Origin: an uncultured bacterium
GTDB taxonomy: Bacteria > Bacillota_I > Bacilli_A > RFN20 > CAG-826
Length of the DNA: 64,000 nucleotides
Assembly: GCA_949297275.1 (NCBI GenBank)
Contig: CASFQR010000002.1
Location: 3,202 to 67,201 of the forward strand
Direction: 5' to 3'
Of this stretch, positions 52,016-60,173 are shown piece by piece. The translations under genes and the position numbers were made by a program. The notes beneath the pieces are model-generated. The model did not search any database. It saw nothing but the letters and a program-made list of their open reading frames with translations, and had not been told where the DNA came from. Each line of letters starts with the position of its first letter. The first letter of the stretch is position 1.

Positions 52016-52205
52016 AATATTTAATTTCTGCATAGTTTTTATCTTAAAACTTATTTTATTTTTATATTAATTTTTGGCTTATAGTTTCGCATATGTGTGC
52101 GCGTTATAGACGCTAAGTAGTGCATGGCTAAAAATCATCAAGTAAAAAAAGATAATCCTTTTCTTCGCTAAAATTAATTTATAAATATGAGGAAAGGGGT
52201 TAAAT

Positions 52206-53639
52206 ATGAATAGTGTTATTACTTCTATATTATTTCTAACTTTAACGAGTGCTAGTGCCTTTGCCCCACTAAAAATTAATGGTGAAGCAAATAAAATTGC
52301 TGTAAGTTCAATCGAAGCTAAATCAATTTTTGGTGGTTGGTGGGATGATAGTGATGGCGATGCTAGTTGGGTAAATCAAGGTGTGATGGTTAATGTTCCT
52401 AAACAAACTTGGAATTATGAAGCACAATTGCCATCTACTTTTGCTAGCCCATCTTTTAAAAGAAACTTCTCTTTAGTTGATAACGAAGCAATTTCCTTTA
52501 GAATTTCAGCAAATTTTTATGATGAAGATGGCAATGTTATAACTCAAAGCGTTAATGATGGTGGTGGAGCTTTTAATATTGCTGTTTATAATGCGGCAAA
52601 CGAACAGAAAATATCCACTTTAAGAATCTGGGTGAATTCTCAGCCTAACGGCGCTGATCAAAATACCCAATTATGGGCAACTGTAAATGGTGATGATTGG
52701 CAATATAGTGTTAGTGGTGAACGCTGGATTAAAGGTGCAGCTAAATTATCGAGTAGTTTTTACATTCAATTTGATAAAGAAAATCTCTTCTCTAGTTATG
52801 TGGGAGGTTCAGATAGTATTACTCCTTTAGCGACCAACATTGATTATGTAAACGCTGTTAAAAATAATTTAGAAGGTGTCGATGAAGTATTCTTTAGATT
52901 TGGTGCTTCTAATGGTTTTACCGAAGATGCTTCACTAGTAATTTCTGAAATTAATGGCCAAGCATTAACAAATGTCGATGGTATTATTAATGATGTTAGC
53001 GCCCCTAAATTCTCTACGAAAAATAATTTACCTGCTACCTTACCAGTTAATGTACCAGTTGCCTTGAACATAGAAGCTTTTGATCTTTTAGATTCTAATT
53101 TAAAGTATCAAGTTAAATATGGTGAGGATGAATTTAAAGACGGCCTAACCTTTACTCCGTTAGTTGTTGGTGATGATTCAGTCACTATTAAAGCGATTGA
53201 TAGTAGCAATAATGAAACGACATACACTTATAATTTCAAAGGCGTTAATGTGGCCGAATCATTTGCCGAGACATTTTTAAATACGACAAGCGTTTGTGAT
53301 CCCTCTGGTGCTACTAACAATATCACTAGTGAGATGTGGCAAGAACTTGAAGATGCTTATAACGCTCTAAGTGTAGAAGAACGCGCGCGTTTAACAAACG
53401 CTCAAAATAATGAACATGGTACTAAATTAGAAAAGGCAGTTGCTCGCTATGAGTATATTGTTCATAAATATGGTTATAAAGATTTTATGGAGCGAAATGT
53501 TGAGGTTTTAAGTATCAATAATCTAAATAATCATGATGAAGCTTGGTTCTTACCTTTAATTATTTCTTTGTCAGTGATAACTATTTTAGCAGTTGTTGTT
53601 TTAGTAGTTAAAACTCGTAAAAAAGATAAAATCGAATAA
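52206..53639 (+). CDS. C-terminally anchored surface protein (signal peptide, ~230-aa unknown module, Ig-like domain, helical module, TM and basic tail)
   Basis: Has an SD (gaggaaagggg) and a signal peptide. The C-terminal WFLPLIISLSVITILAVVVLVV KTRKKDK has no LPXTG. It is a paralog of 53862. Confidence 0.7.
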   Translation: MNSVITSILFLTLTSASAFAPLKINGEANKIAVSSIEAKSIFGGWWDDSDGDASWVNQGVMVNVPKQTWNYEAQLPSTFASPSFKRNFSLVDNEAISFRISANFYDEDGNVITQSVNDGGGAFNIAVYNAANEQKISTLRIWVNSQPNGADQNTQLWATVNGDDWQYSVSGERWIKGAAKLSSSFYIQFDKENLFSSYVGGSDSITPLATNIDYVNAVKNNLEGVDEVFFRFGASNGFTEDASLVISEINGQALTNVDGIINDVSAPKFSTKNNLPATLPVNVPVALNIEAFDLLDSNLKYQVKYGEDEFKDGLTFTPLVVGDDSVTIKAIDSSNNETTYTYNFKGVNVAESFAETFLNTTSVCDPSGATNNITSEMWQELEDAYNALSVEERARLTNAQNNEHGTKLEKAVARYEYIVHKYGYKDFMERNVEVLSINNLNNHDEAWFLPLIISLSVITILAVVVLVVKTRKKDKIE

Positions 53640-53670
53640 AATTTCTTCTTTTTAAAATTCTATTTCCCCT

Positions 53671-53698
53671 AAAAAGCGTCAAAATTATGACGCTTTTT
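53671..53698 (+). terminator. Rho-independent terminator
   Basis: aaaaagcgtca-aaatta-tgacgcttttt. Confidence 0.8.
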
Positions 53699-53861
53699 GG
53701 CTATTATAATCTACATTAATCATAATGAGTTAGATTTAATCGTTAAAAATTAGAAAAAAAGCATATAATAAAACGGCTATAGTCAATAGTTAAAATAATC
53801 TAAAAGCAGAAAAAAACTAAAATATAAATGTAGAATGAAATAATTAACGAGGAGGACTTAT

Positions 53862-54674
53862 ATGTTTAAATTATTACTCATTCCAATCCTTAGTTTAACC
53901 ATGATGAACACCTCACTGTTTGTTCGAGAGAGCGTTGATGTTTCTACCCTTAATGCGAATGAAATGTGGGGAGGTTGGGGACATAATACTTCCTTCACGG
54001 AAGATGGTCTTTTAGCTCTTTCACCTGGCCATGATACGGTTGGTGATAACGCTTGGCAATATAAGACGGTATTACCAGGTGTTGGTGTTAGAACTAATAG
54101 CACGAATTATACTCAAAATTTTTCTTTGAATAATAATGAAACAATCTCCTTTGAATTTTCTCTTAATATGTTTGACACTAGCGGCAATGATAATGTCATT
54201 GGCACGCATACCGATGCAAATAATCCAAACGATATTTATTTTTTAGATATTTATGTTCACGATCGAACTAATGATGCCCAATTAGCGTTACTTCGCATCT
54301 TTACCGAAAGTGGTTCAAAATTAAACGGCAATCACTCATCTGCCTTATATGGAAGTGGTTGGGATCAACAATTATCATCATCTTATCGGTTGATGGGCGA
54401 TGCCACTTTAGATAGTAGTTTCTATATTCAATTTGATAAGGATAATCTATTTTCTAGTTATGCAGGAGGACAAGAAGGTATAGTTCATTTATTTGATTTA
54501 AATAGTGATTTAGCTAAAACAATTAAAAATAATTTAGCTAATGTCGATGAAATTATTTTTAAAATTGCCCCTAATACTGGCTGGAATAAAGAAGCTTCTT
54601 TATATTTAAAATCAATTCAATTAGTGATAATGTTGCCCCAACCTTTAACGCTATATCGTTGCCATCCTCTTTAA
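53862..54674 (+). CDS. N-terminal fragment (frame A) of a ~970-aa anchored surface protein; frame broken at 54605-54621 (possible pseudogene)
   Basis: Strong SD (gaggagg) and a signal peptide. It aligns with 52206 through SSFYIQFDKDNLFSSY and NNLANVDEIIF, then diverges into a 20-codon tail and a stop. Confidence 0.7.
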   Translation: MFKLLLIPILSLTMMNTSLFVRESVDVSTLNANEMWGGWGHNTSFTEDGLLALSPGHDTVGDNAWQYKTVLPGVGVRTNSTNYTQNFSLNNNETISFEFSLNMFDTSGNDNVIGTHTDANNPNDIYFLDIYVHDRTNDAQLALLRIFTESGSKLNGNHSSALYGSGWDQQLSSSYRLMGDATLDSSFYIQFDKDNLFSSYAGGQEGIVHLFDLNSDLAKTIKNNLANVDEIIFKIAPNTGWNKEASLYLKSIQLVIMLPQPLTLYRCHPL

Positions 54675-56785
54675 GTATTAATAATCCTCAAACTTTAGAA
54701 ATTTCAGCGCACGATGTTTTAAGCGAAGTGCGTTATGAAATTGAATATAATGGCGTTAGAAACGAGGGTTTAACCTTCACTCCTAATAAAGTTGGTGCTG
54801 ATAGTGTTTTAGTTTATGCACTTGATAGCTCAAATAACGAAAGTTCTTATCTTTATAATTTTGAAGGTATTAATGTTATACCTGCTCCAACTTTTACTTC
54901 TTTGCCAACAATTAACGACGCAAAGTACAATTATTATGACAATATTGTGATAGATGCTCCATCAATTGAAGATGTTACTGGTGTGGCAGTAATTACTTTA
55001 AGTTATGGCTTAACTAGTGAAGAAACGAGAAATACTTTAAATATGGACATCAATCGACAATTCGTTATCAACATTGACAAAGAATTTGTTTTTGGTGAAT
55101 ATGAATTCGTTTTTCTTGCTACTAATAGTGGTGGCACTTCCACTAGTGATCCAATTATTGTAAATATCTCGTTAGCAGATATTAATTTAGTCGATTTCAT
55201 TGATGTCGGTGAGGCAGACATCATCCTAGATTATGCCGATTATGGCTTAAGAGCTAAGACTCGCACTAACTATCAATATTTAACTTTAGGTCGCGTCGAT
55301 TTAGCTGATGAACAATCCCTCACCTTTGTCATCCCCTTTTCTTTAAGCGATGGTTCATCTAACAACATTCAATGTTTTGAATGGCAACTTGTGAATATTA
55401 ACGATCCACAATACTACATTAGTTATCGCATGTGGACCGATCAAACGAGCACTAATTTTGATGCGCCTACCAACGTTTTAATTTCAACACCTAGTGGTGT
55501 AAACGATATTACTAATTGTGGGTGGCGTAGTTATGGTCAAAACCCCGCTTATCGCGAAGTGACATTCGTTTTTGATCCAAATAGTTCGGCTTATTTCCAT
55601 TCTTACGATAATAGCAATGTGTTAGTTCCAGCCCTTGGGGTGGATAATGCGATGGCTACATTCTTTAATGAGGCTCCATCTTCTTATTATGAAGCGCGCG
55701 TTTGCGGTATGAACACTAGTTTAGGTGATGGACCATTATCGACAACCTTCGAATATGGTGTCGTTTCTTTCAGTGGTCAAAATTATAGGAACACTAATGG
55801 AGTAATTGATAATATCAACGATCCAATTGTCAAATTGAGTGGACCTAGTGAATGCGAAGTGAATCAAACAGTTAACATTAATTATTTCTATGATGATTAC
55901 ACCGCTTTAGATGAAGATTTAGAAGTGAGTTTAAATGTTACTAATCCTCAAGGAGAAAAGATAGCACAAGAATCATCGCCTATTGGTTTATTGACTTTAA
56001 CTACGACAGAAATGGGAACTTATCTAGTTGAGCTAGATGTCAAAGGGGCAAGCGGTAATACTATACATCGCCAACTAAGCATTACTGTTAAACAAGAAAG
56101 TAATCCAATTGAAATCACGCTTAATGGTGAATATCCTACTTCTTTAAATGTTGGCGATTCGATTACGATTTTAGAAGCGACATATTCTGCTCATGCAAAT
56201 ATGGATAAATCGACCATTACCATCATCGATATGAATAACGGGGAAATAAATGTTAATGTAGGTGATACTTTTACTTTTACTATCCCTGGGTTATATACGA
56301 TTCGCTATTTCGCTAGCGACGATGCCTTACCAGAAAATAACACTGCGACATTAGACATTCGTATTAATGTTTTAGATGTAACTAAACCGGTTGTAACGAC
56401 TGATTTGTTAGATACTTATAATTTAGGTGAGGAAGTAACAATTACGATAATAGCGACCGATGAAACTGAACTTAGTTATCGCGTAATTATCACTTCTCCT
56501 TCTGGCACTCGCAAGGAATATACTAGCAATGTCATCACATTAACTTTCAATGAAATAGGAGAATATTCGATTCATATTACCGTTACCGATTTATACGATA
56601 ATGTCACAGCGATTGATGACACATTTAATGTTATTGATGATCGTATTGCTCCAATCGATCCTCCGTCAGCTAATGATGATAATACCGGTCTCATTATCGG
56701 CTTATCGGTTGCTGGTGGTGTCATTCTTTTAGGTGGGGCGGCTGCATTAGTTATCGTTTTAATAAAGAAAAAGAAAGGGAGATAA
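54611..56785 (+). CDS. C-terminal continuation (frame B) of the same surface protein: multiple Ig-like repeats, TM anchor and KKKKGR tail
   Basis: Frame B is open from 54590. ISDNVAPTFNAISLPSS...LTFTPNKVGADSVLVYALDSSNNESSYLYNFEGINV aligns with residues ~255-345 of 52206. The TTG at 54659 is only an ORF-finder artefact. Confidence 0.7.
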   Translation: MNSISDNVAPTFNAISLPSSLSINNPQTLEISAHDVLSEVRYEIEYNGVRNEGLTFTPNKVGADSVLVYALDSSNNESSYLYNFEGINVIPAPTFTSLPTINDAKYNYYDNIVIDAPSIEDVTGVAVITLSYGLTSEETRNTLNMDINRQFVINIDKEFVFGEYEFVFLATNSGGTSTSDPIIVNISLADINLVDFIDVGEADIILDYADYGLRAKTRTNYQYLTLGRVDLADEQSLTFVIPFSLSDGSSNNIQCFEWQLVNINDPQYYISYRMWTDQTSTNFDAPTNVLISTPSGVNDITNCGWRSYGQNPAYREVTFVFDPNSSAYFHSYDNSNVLVPALGVDNAMATFFNEAPSSYYEARVCGMNTSLGDGPLSTTFEYGVVSFSGQNYRNTNGVIDNINDPIVKLSGPSECEVNQTVNINYFYDDYTALDEDLEVSLNVTNPQGEKIAQESSPIGLLTLTTTEMGTYLVELDVKGASGNTIHRQLSITVKQESNPIEITLNGEYPTSLNVGDSITILEATYSAHANMDKSTITIIDMNNGEINVNVGDTFTFTIPGLYTIRYFASDDALPENNTATLDIRINVLDVTKPVVTTDLLDTYNLGEEVTITIIATDETELSYRVIITSPSGTRKEYTSNVITLTFNEIGEYSIHITVTDLYDNVTAIDDTFNVIDDRIAPIDPPSANDDNTGLIIGLSVAGGVILLGGAAALVIVLIKKKKGR
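54612..54621 (+). repeat. 5-nt tandem duplication (tcaat)x2 at the frame junction
   Basis: Read directly from the sequence. Deleting one copy joins the two ORFs in frame. Confidence 0.9.
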
Positions 56786-56789
56786 TTAA

Positions 56790-58526
56790 ATGAAATATTT
56801 ACGTTTAATGATGTCTTTAGTTGGTTTAAGTATGGTTTTAGGTAGTTGTAATGATACTTGTCCATCTTTAAATTGTGACACTGGTGGCGAAGAAATTTCA
56901 GTTATTAAACCTGTCGAATATGATGATCCATCTAAGAGCGACGCTCTTTATCATGGTGAAGATGTTTTAGTTAGTCAAGTTGCTACTAGTCAAGATGGTG
57001 ATACTTATATTGAATATAATGGCGCGCCCTTTATTTATAATGGCATCCAAATTCGCACCGATGCTTTTATGAACACTGATAAATGGAGCATCGATGAAAT
57101 TGAAATTTTATTTCAAACTGCTAAAGAATGTGGCTTTGACTTAGTGCAAATTCCCCTCGAATGGGCAGATATTGAAATTGCTAAAGATGTTTATGACTTT
57201 TACTATTTATTTAAAATTTTAGAATACGCACGAAAATATGATTTAAGAATGGAACTGCTATGGTTTGGGACAAATATGTGCGGTGACACTCATTCATATA
57301 CTGTGCCTGATTATATTTTAAAAGATGGTAAAACTTATCCAAAATTCGACGCTCCTCGCACGGGTGAGTTCTGGTCATATTATGGCTTGATGTGGTATTT
57401 AGATTTTGACGATCCAGATTTGCTCATGCGCGAAGGCTTAGCGATTGAAAAATGTTTAGATTTTATTTATGAATATGATTCGACGCATGGCGGACATAAA
57501 TCGGTTATTGGTATGCAAATTCATAATGAACCAGATTGTTTCCCCCGTTGGCGCATTTTCACCGCTAATAAAGAAGTTAAAGATCCATTAACAGGTCAAA
57601 CATTCACAAAAGAAGATGCCTTTAAAAATGTTTTAAATGCTTTGGATTATTTAGGTAAAGTGGTAAAAAATCATCCTTATAAGATTATTACTCGTGTCAA
57701 TTTTGCGACGATGACGCGCGGTGATCAAGATGGCGAAAGCAGTGGAATTTATTTAAGTAATGGCAACTTAGCAACAATCCGTGATTTCGTTAAAGACACT
57801 TTTGCTTTAGAAGGTATCGATATAATTGGTGATGATTGCTATGATGCGGTTATTAATGATGTCAAAGGCATTCAATTGATGTTAAAGGAACAATTAGTGG
57901 GCAATTATCCTCATATTGCCGAAAACGATGGCAATTATGCGAACACCCCTAGTTTATTGCTTACTAGTCAAGTTGTTAAGGCTGGCTATATTGTCTATGA
58001 ACTTGCCACCTCTCCTTTCTTTAAGGCAAATAACGCTTCTGATATCGATCAAGGTATTTATTCAGTTAACGCCGATAAGACATTAACTGGCAAAGCCCAT
58101 CAGGTGAATATCACAAAAATGTTAAAAGCAATTAAAGCGTGCAAAAATCCTCTAGTGTTAGCAAAACAAGGAAATGTTTTAGGATTTAATTTAATGTCTA
58201 CTAATCCACAAAACAATTTTATCCAAACCATCAATAGTGAAAATGTTTCAATTACCTTTACTACTTCAACTGGTGCTTTAGGTTATGTTTGTGATTATGA
58301 CAATTCTTTATACGCTTATTTCTTAGGTGATTGTTCCTTAGACATTTCCAACGTGACAGTCAGTGCGATTAGTGTTGGCGATTATAGTGGAGAAGAATTT
58401 ATCTCGACGACAACACTTAACGCTACTAGCAATATTAATATCACTGCAAATCAATTATATAAAATAGATTATCGTGATGTTAAGTCTCCTTTAATTAGTA
58501 ACGCTCTTGAAGCGATAGGAGGTTAA
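56790..58526 (+). CDS. Lipoprotein with a clan GH-A-like (TIM-barrel) glycoside hydrolase signature, family unassigned
   Basis: Lipobox VLGSC, the IPLEWADIE...LLWFG pattern, an NEP acid/base motif (MQIHNEPD, E at 57528-57530) and a candidate nucleophile IAEND. Confidence 0.65.
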   Translation: MKYLRLMMSLVGLSMVLGSCNDTCPSLNCDTGGEEISVIKPVEYDDPSKSDALYHGEDVLVSQVATSQDGDTYIEYNGAPFIYNGIQIRTDAFMNTDKWSIDEIEILFQTAKECGFDLVQIPLEWADIEIAKDVYDFYYLFKILEYARKYDLRMELLWFGTNMCGDTHSYTVPDYILKDGKTYPKFDAPRTGEFWSYYGLMWYLDFDDPDLLMREGLAIEKCLDFIYEYDSTHGGHKSVIGMQIHNEPDCFPRWRIFTANKEVKDPLTGQTFTKEDAFKNVLNALDYLGKVVKNHPYKIITRVNFATMTRGDQDGESSGIYLSNGNLATIRDFVKDTFALEGIDIIGDDCYDAVINDVKGIQLMLKEQLVGNYPHIAENDGNYANTPSLLLTSQVVKAGYIVYELATSPFFKANNASDIDQGIYSVNADKTLTGKAHQVNITKMLKAIKACKNPLVLAKQGNVLGFNLMSTNPQNNFIQTINSENVSITFTTSTGALGYVCDYDNSLYAYFLGDCSLDISNVTVSAISVGDYSGEEFISTTTLNATSNINITANQLYKIDYRDVKSPLISNALEAIGG

Positions 58527-58527
58527 A

Positions 58528-60171
58528 ATGAAAAGAAATTTTTTACTATTGATTAGTGCTTTATTTTTAGTTGGTTGCAATGAAACATGTCCAACTTGTC
58601 CCCCGTTAGCGGGCGATATCGTAATAACTAAACAAGAAGTCTATAGTGCCCCTTATACATCGATAGCTAGTGAAAAATCATATATCGTTAATCAAAACAA
58701 TCAACCGCAGTTAATTTTATCTTCTTTAATTAGAACTGATTTATTAAGAAACGCTGATTTTTTAGAATATAGCGAAATGGAAGACTATTTTGCTATCGCT
58801 AAAGAGACGGGTTTTAATACTGTCGATGTCGTCATTACTTGGGCGGAAGTTGAACCGCATCGCAACGAATATGATTTTTCTAGTATTGAAGCTTATTTAA
58901 ACTACGCGTTAAAATACGACTTAAAATTAAATGTTATTTGGTATGGTTCGCTTGTTGATGGCGAATCGCATGGGGCTAATATTCCCCAATATATCCAATC
59001 TAATCCTGATGTTTATCCGGTGTTATTAGATTTATTTGATGGTGCCTATTATGGTCGTTTTCGCATTTTAGATTGGGACGATCCTGATTTAATCGCCCGC
59101 GAAAGCAGTGCGATATATTCTTTATTTAATTACATTTATGATTGGACGAGTGAAAAAGAATATAAAGATCCAGTTATTATGGCTCAAATTGGACAAGGAG
59201 TCGACCGTTTTCATAAGTGGCGCATCTCCCAATACACTGTTCCGGGTATAGAAACTGAATTAATGACATTAGAGGAAGCATTAGCGATGACTAATACCTA
59301 CTTAAATGAACTAGCAAAAGCCGTCAAATATTCGCGTTATCGCCCTTTAACAAGAGCGGAATTCTGCGAACAAACTGGAGTCGTTAATTATGTTAGAGAA
59401 GTTTATGATTTAGAATATATCGACATTGTTGCGACGACTTATCTTCACGATATTTCAGCGGCAAGAAATGGCATTCGTTCTTTTGCTGATGAATTTGATG
59501 GCATGCCAGTTATCAATGCGGAAAACTGGGCGAACGATATCAATCATCGCATGACTTTAGCTAATATTGCTTTAGGGGCAGTTGGTTATACCGCTTATCA
59601 ATTATCTAATCCGGTTTATTTCCCAGAAAATCCTAATGGTGCACTTTATGAAAGATACGATTCCTCTAAGGCGACTTTAGAAGAAAAGTTCATTCCAATT
59701 GCTAATCGTGTGACTTATACTAAGTCGGTTATGAATGCTTTAAATAATTTATACGTTCCAGCTAGCAAGACCATCCGATCTAATTTTGCAGCCTTAGGTT
59801 ATGATAACCGCCTTACTAGCGATAACGAAAACCAAAAAGTTTATCTAAGTAGCGGAGTCATGCTCGAATTTAATAAGCCGACCTCCTCGATTGCTTTTGT
59901 TATGCATGAAGGGGATTATCTATATGCTTATTCTTTAAATGATGCTTCCATAACCTTCTCTAATTGCGCATTATTAAATGCTCAAAAGGGTCAATTTGAT
60001 GAATATCAAACCTTTAGTGGTGAAGCTGTTAGTCTAGAAAATAACATCACATTAAATTTAAAAGGAGGAGAAACTTATCGTCTCAGAGTCACAAGCGTGA
60101 ATGATTTACCAAGTGCGAGTGAACTTCGCGAATTAAATTATTCTTCTACTTTAGATGCGATTAGGTCATAG
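58528..60171 (+). CDS. Paralogous lipoprotein, GH-A-like fold with the NEP acid/base motif replaced (QGV)
   Basis: Lipobox FLVGC. It is collinear with 56790 (ITWAEVEP...VIWYG, DWDDPDL, INAENW), but AQIGQGVD replaces MQIHNEPD. Confidence 0.6.
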   Translation: MKRNFLLLISALFLVGCNETCPTCPPLAGDIVITKQEVYSAPYTSIASEKSYIVNQNNQPQLILSSLIRTDLLRNADFLEYSEMEDYFAIAKETGFNTVDVVITWAEVEPHRNEYDFSSIEAYLNYALKYDLKLNVIWYGSLVDGESHGANIPQYIQSNPDVYPVLLDLFDGAYYGRFRILDWDDPDLIARESSAIYSLFNYIYDWTSEKEYKDPVIMAQIGQGVDRFHKWRISQYTVPGIETELMTLEEALAMTNTYLNELAKAVKYSRYRPLTRAEFCEQTGVVNYVREVYDLEYIDIVATTYLHDISAARNGIRSFADEFDGMPVINAENWANDINHRMTLANIALGAVGYTAYQLSNPVYFPENPNGALYERYDSSKATLEEKFIPIANRVTYTKSVMNALNNLYVPASKTIRSNFAALGYDNRLTSDNENQKVYLSSGVMLEFNKPTSSIAFVMHEGDYLYAYSLNDASITFSNCALLNAQKGQFDEYQTFSGEAVSLENNITLNLKGGETYRLRVTSVNDLPSASELRELNYSSTLDAIRS

Positions 60172-60173
60172 TT

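Noticed and set aside
52016-52205. The relatively GC-richer patch (cgcatatgtgtgcgcgttatagacgc...) upstream of the first surface-protein gene as a riboswitch or sRNA.
   Set aside because: I found no extended complementary arms, no recognisable riboswitch core and no terminator. At most it holds a promoter and 5' UTR.
54659-54661. TTG at 54659 as the start of an independent 708-aa gene.
   Set aside because: It has no SD and no signal peptide. Homology to the paralog continues upstream of it in the same frame, back to about 54611. It is the downstream half of a frameshifted gene.
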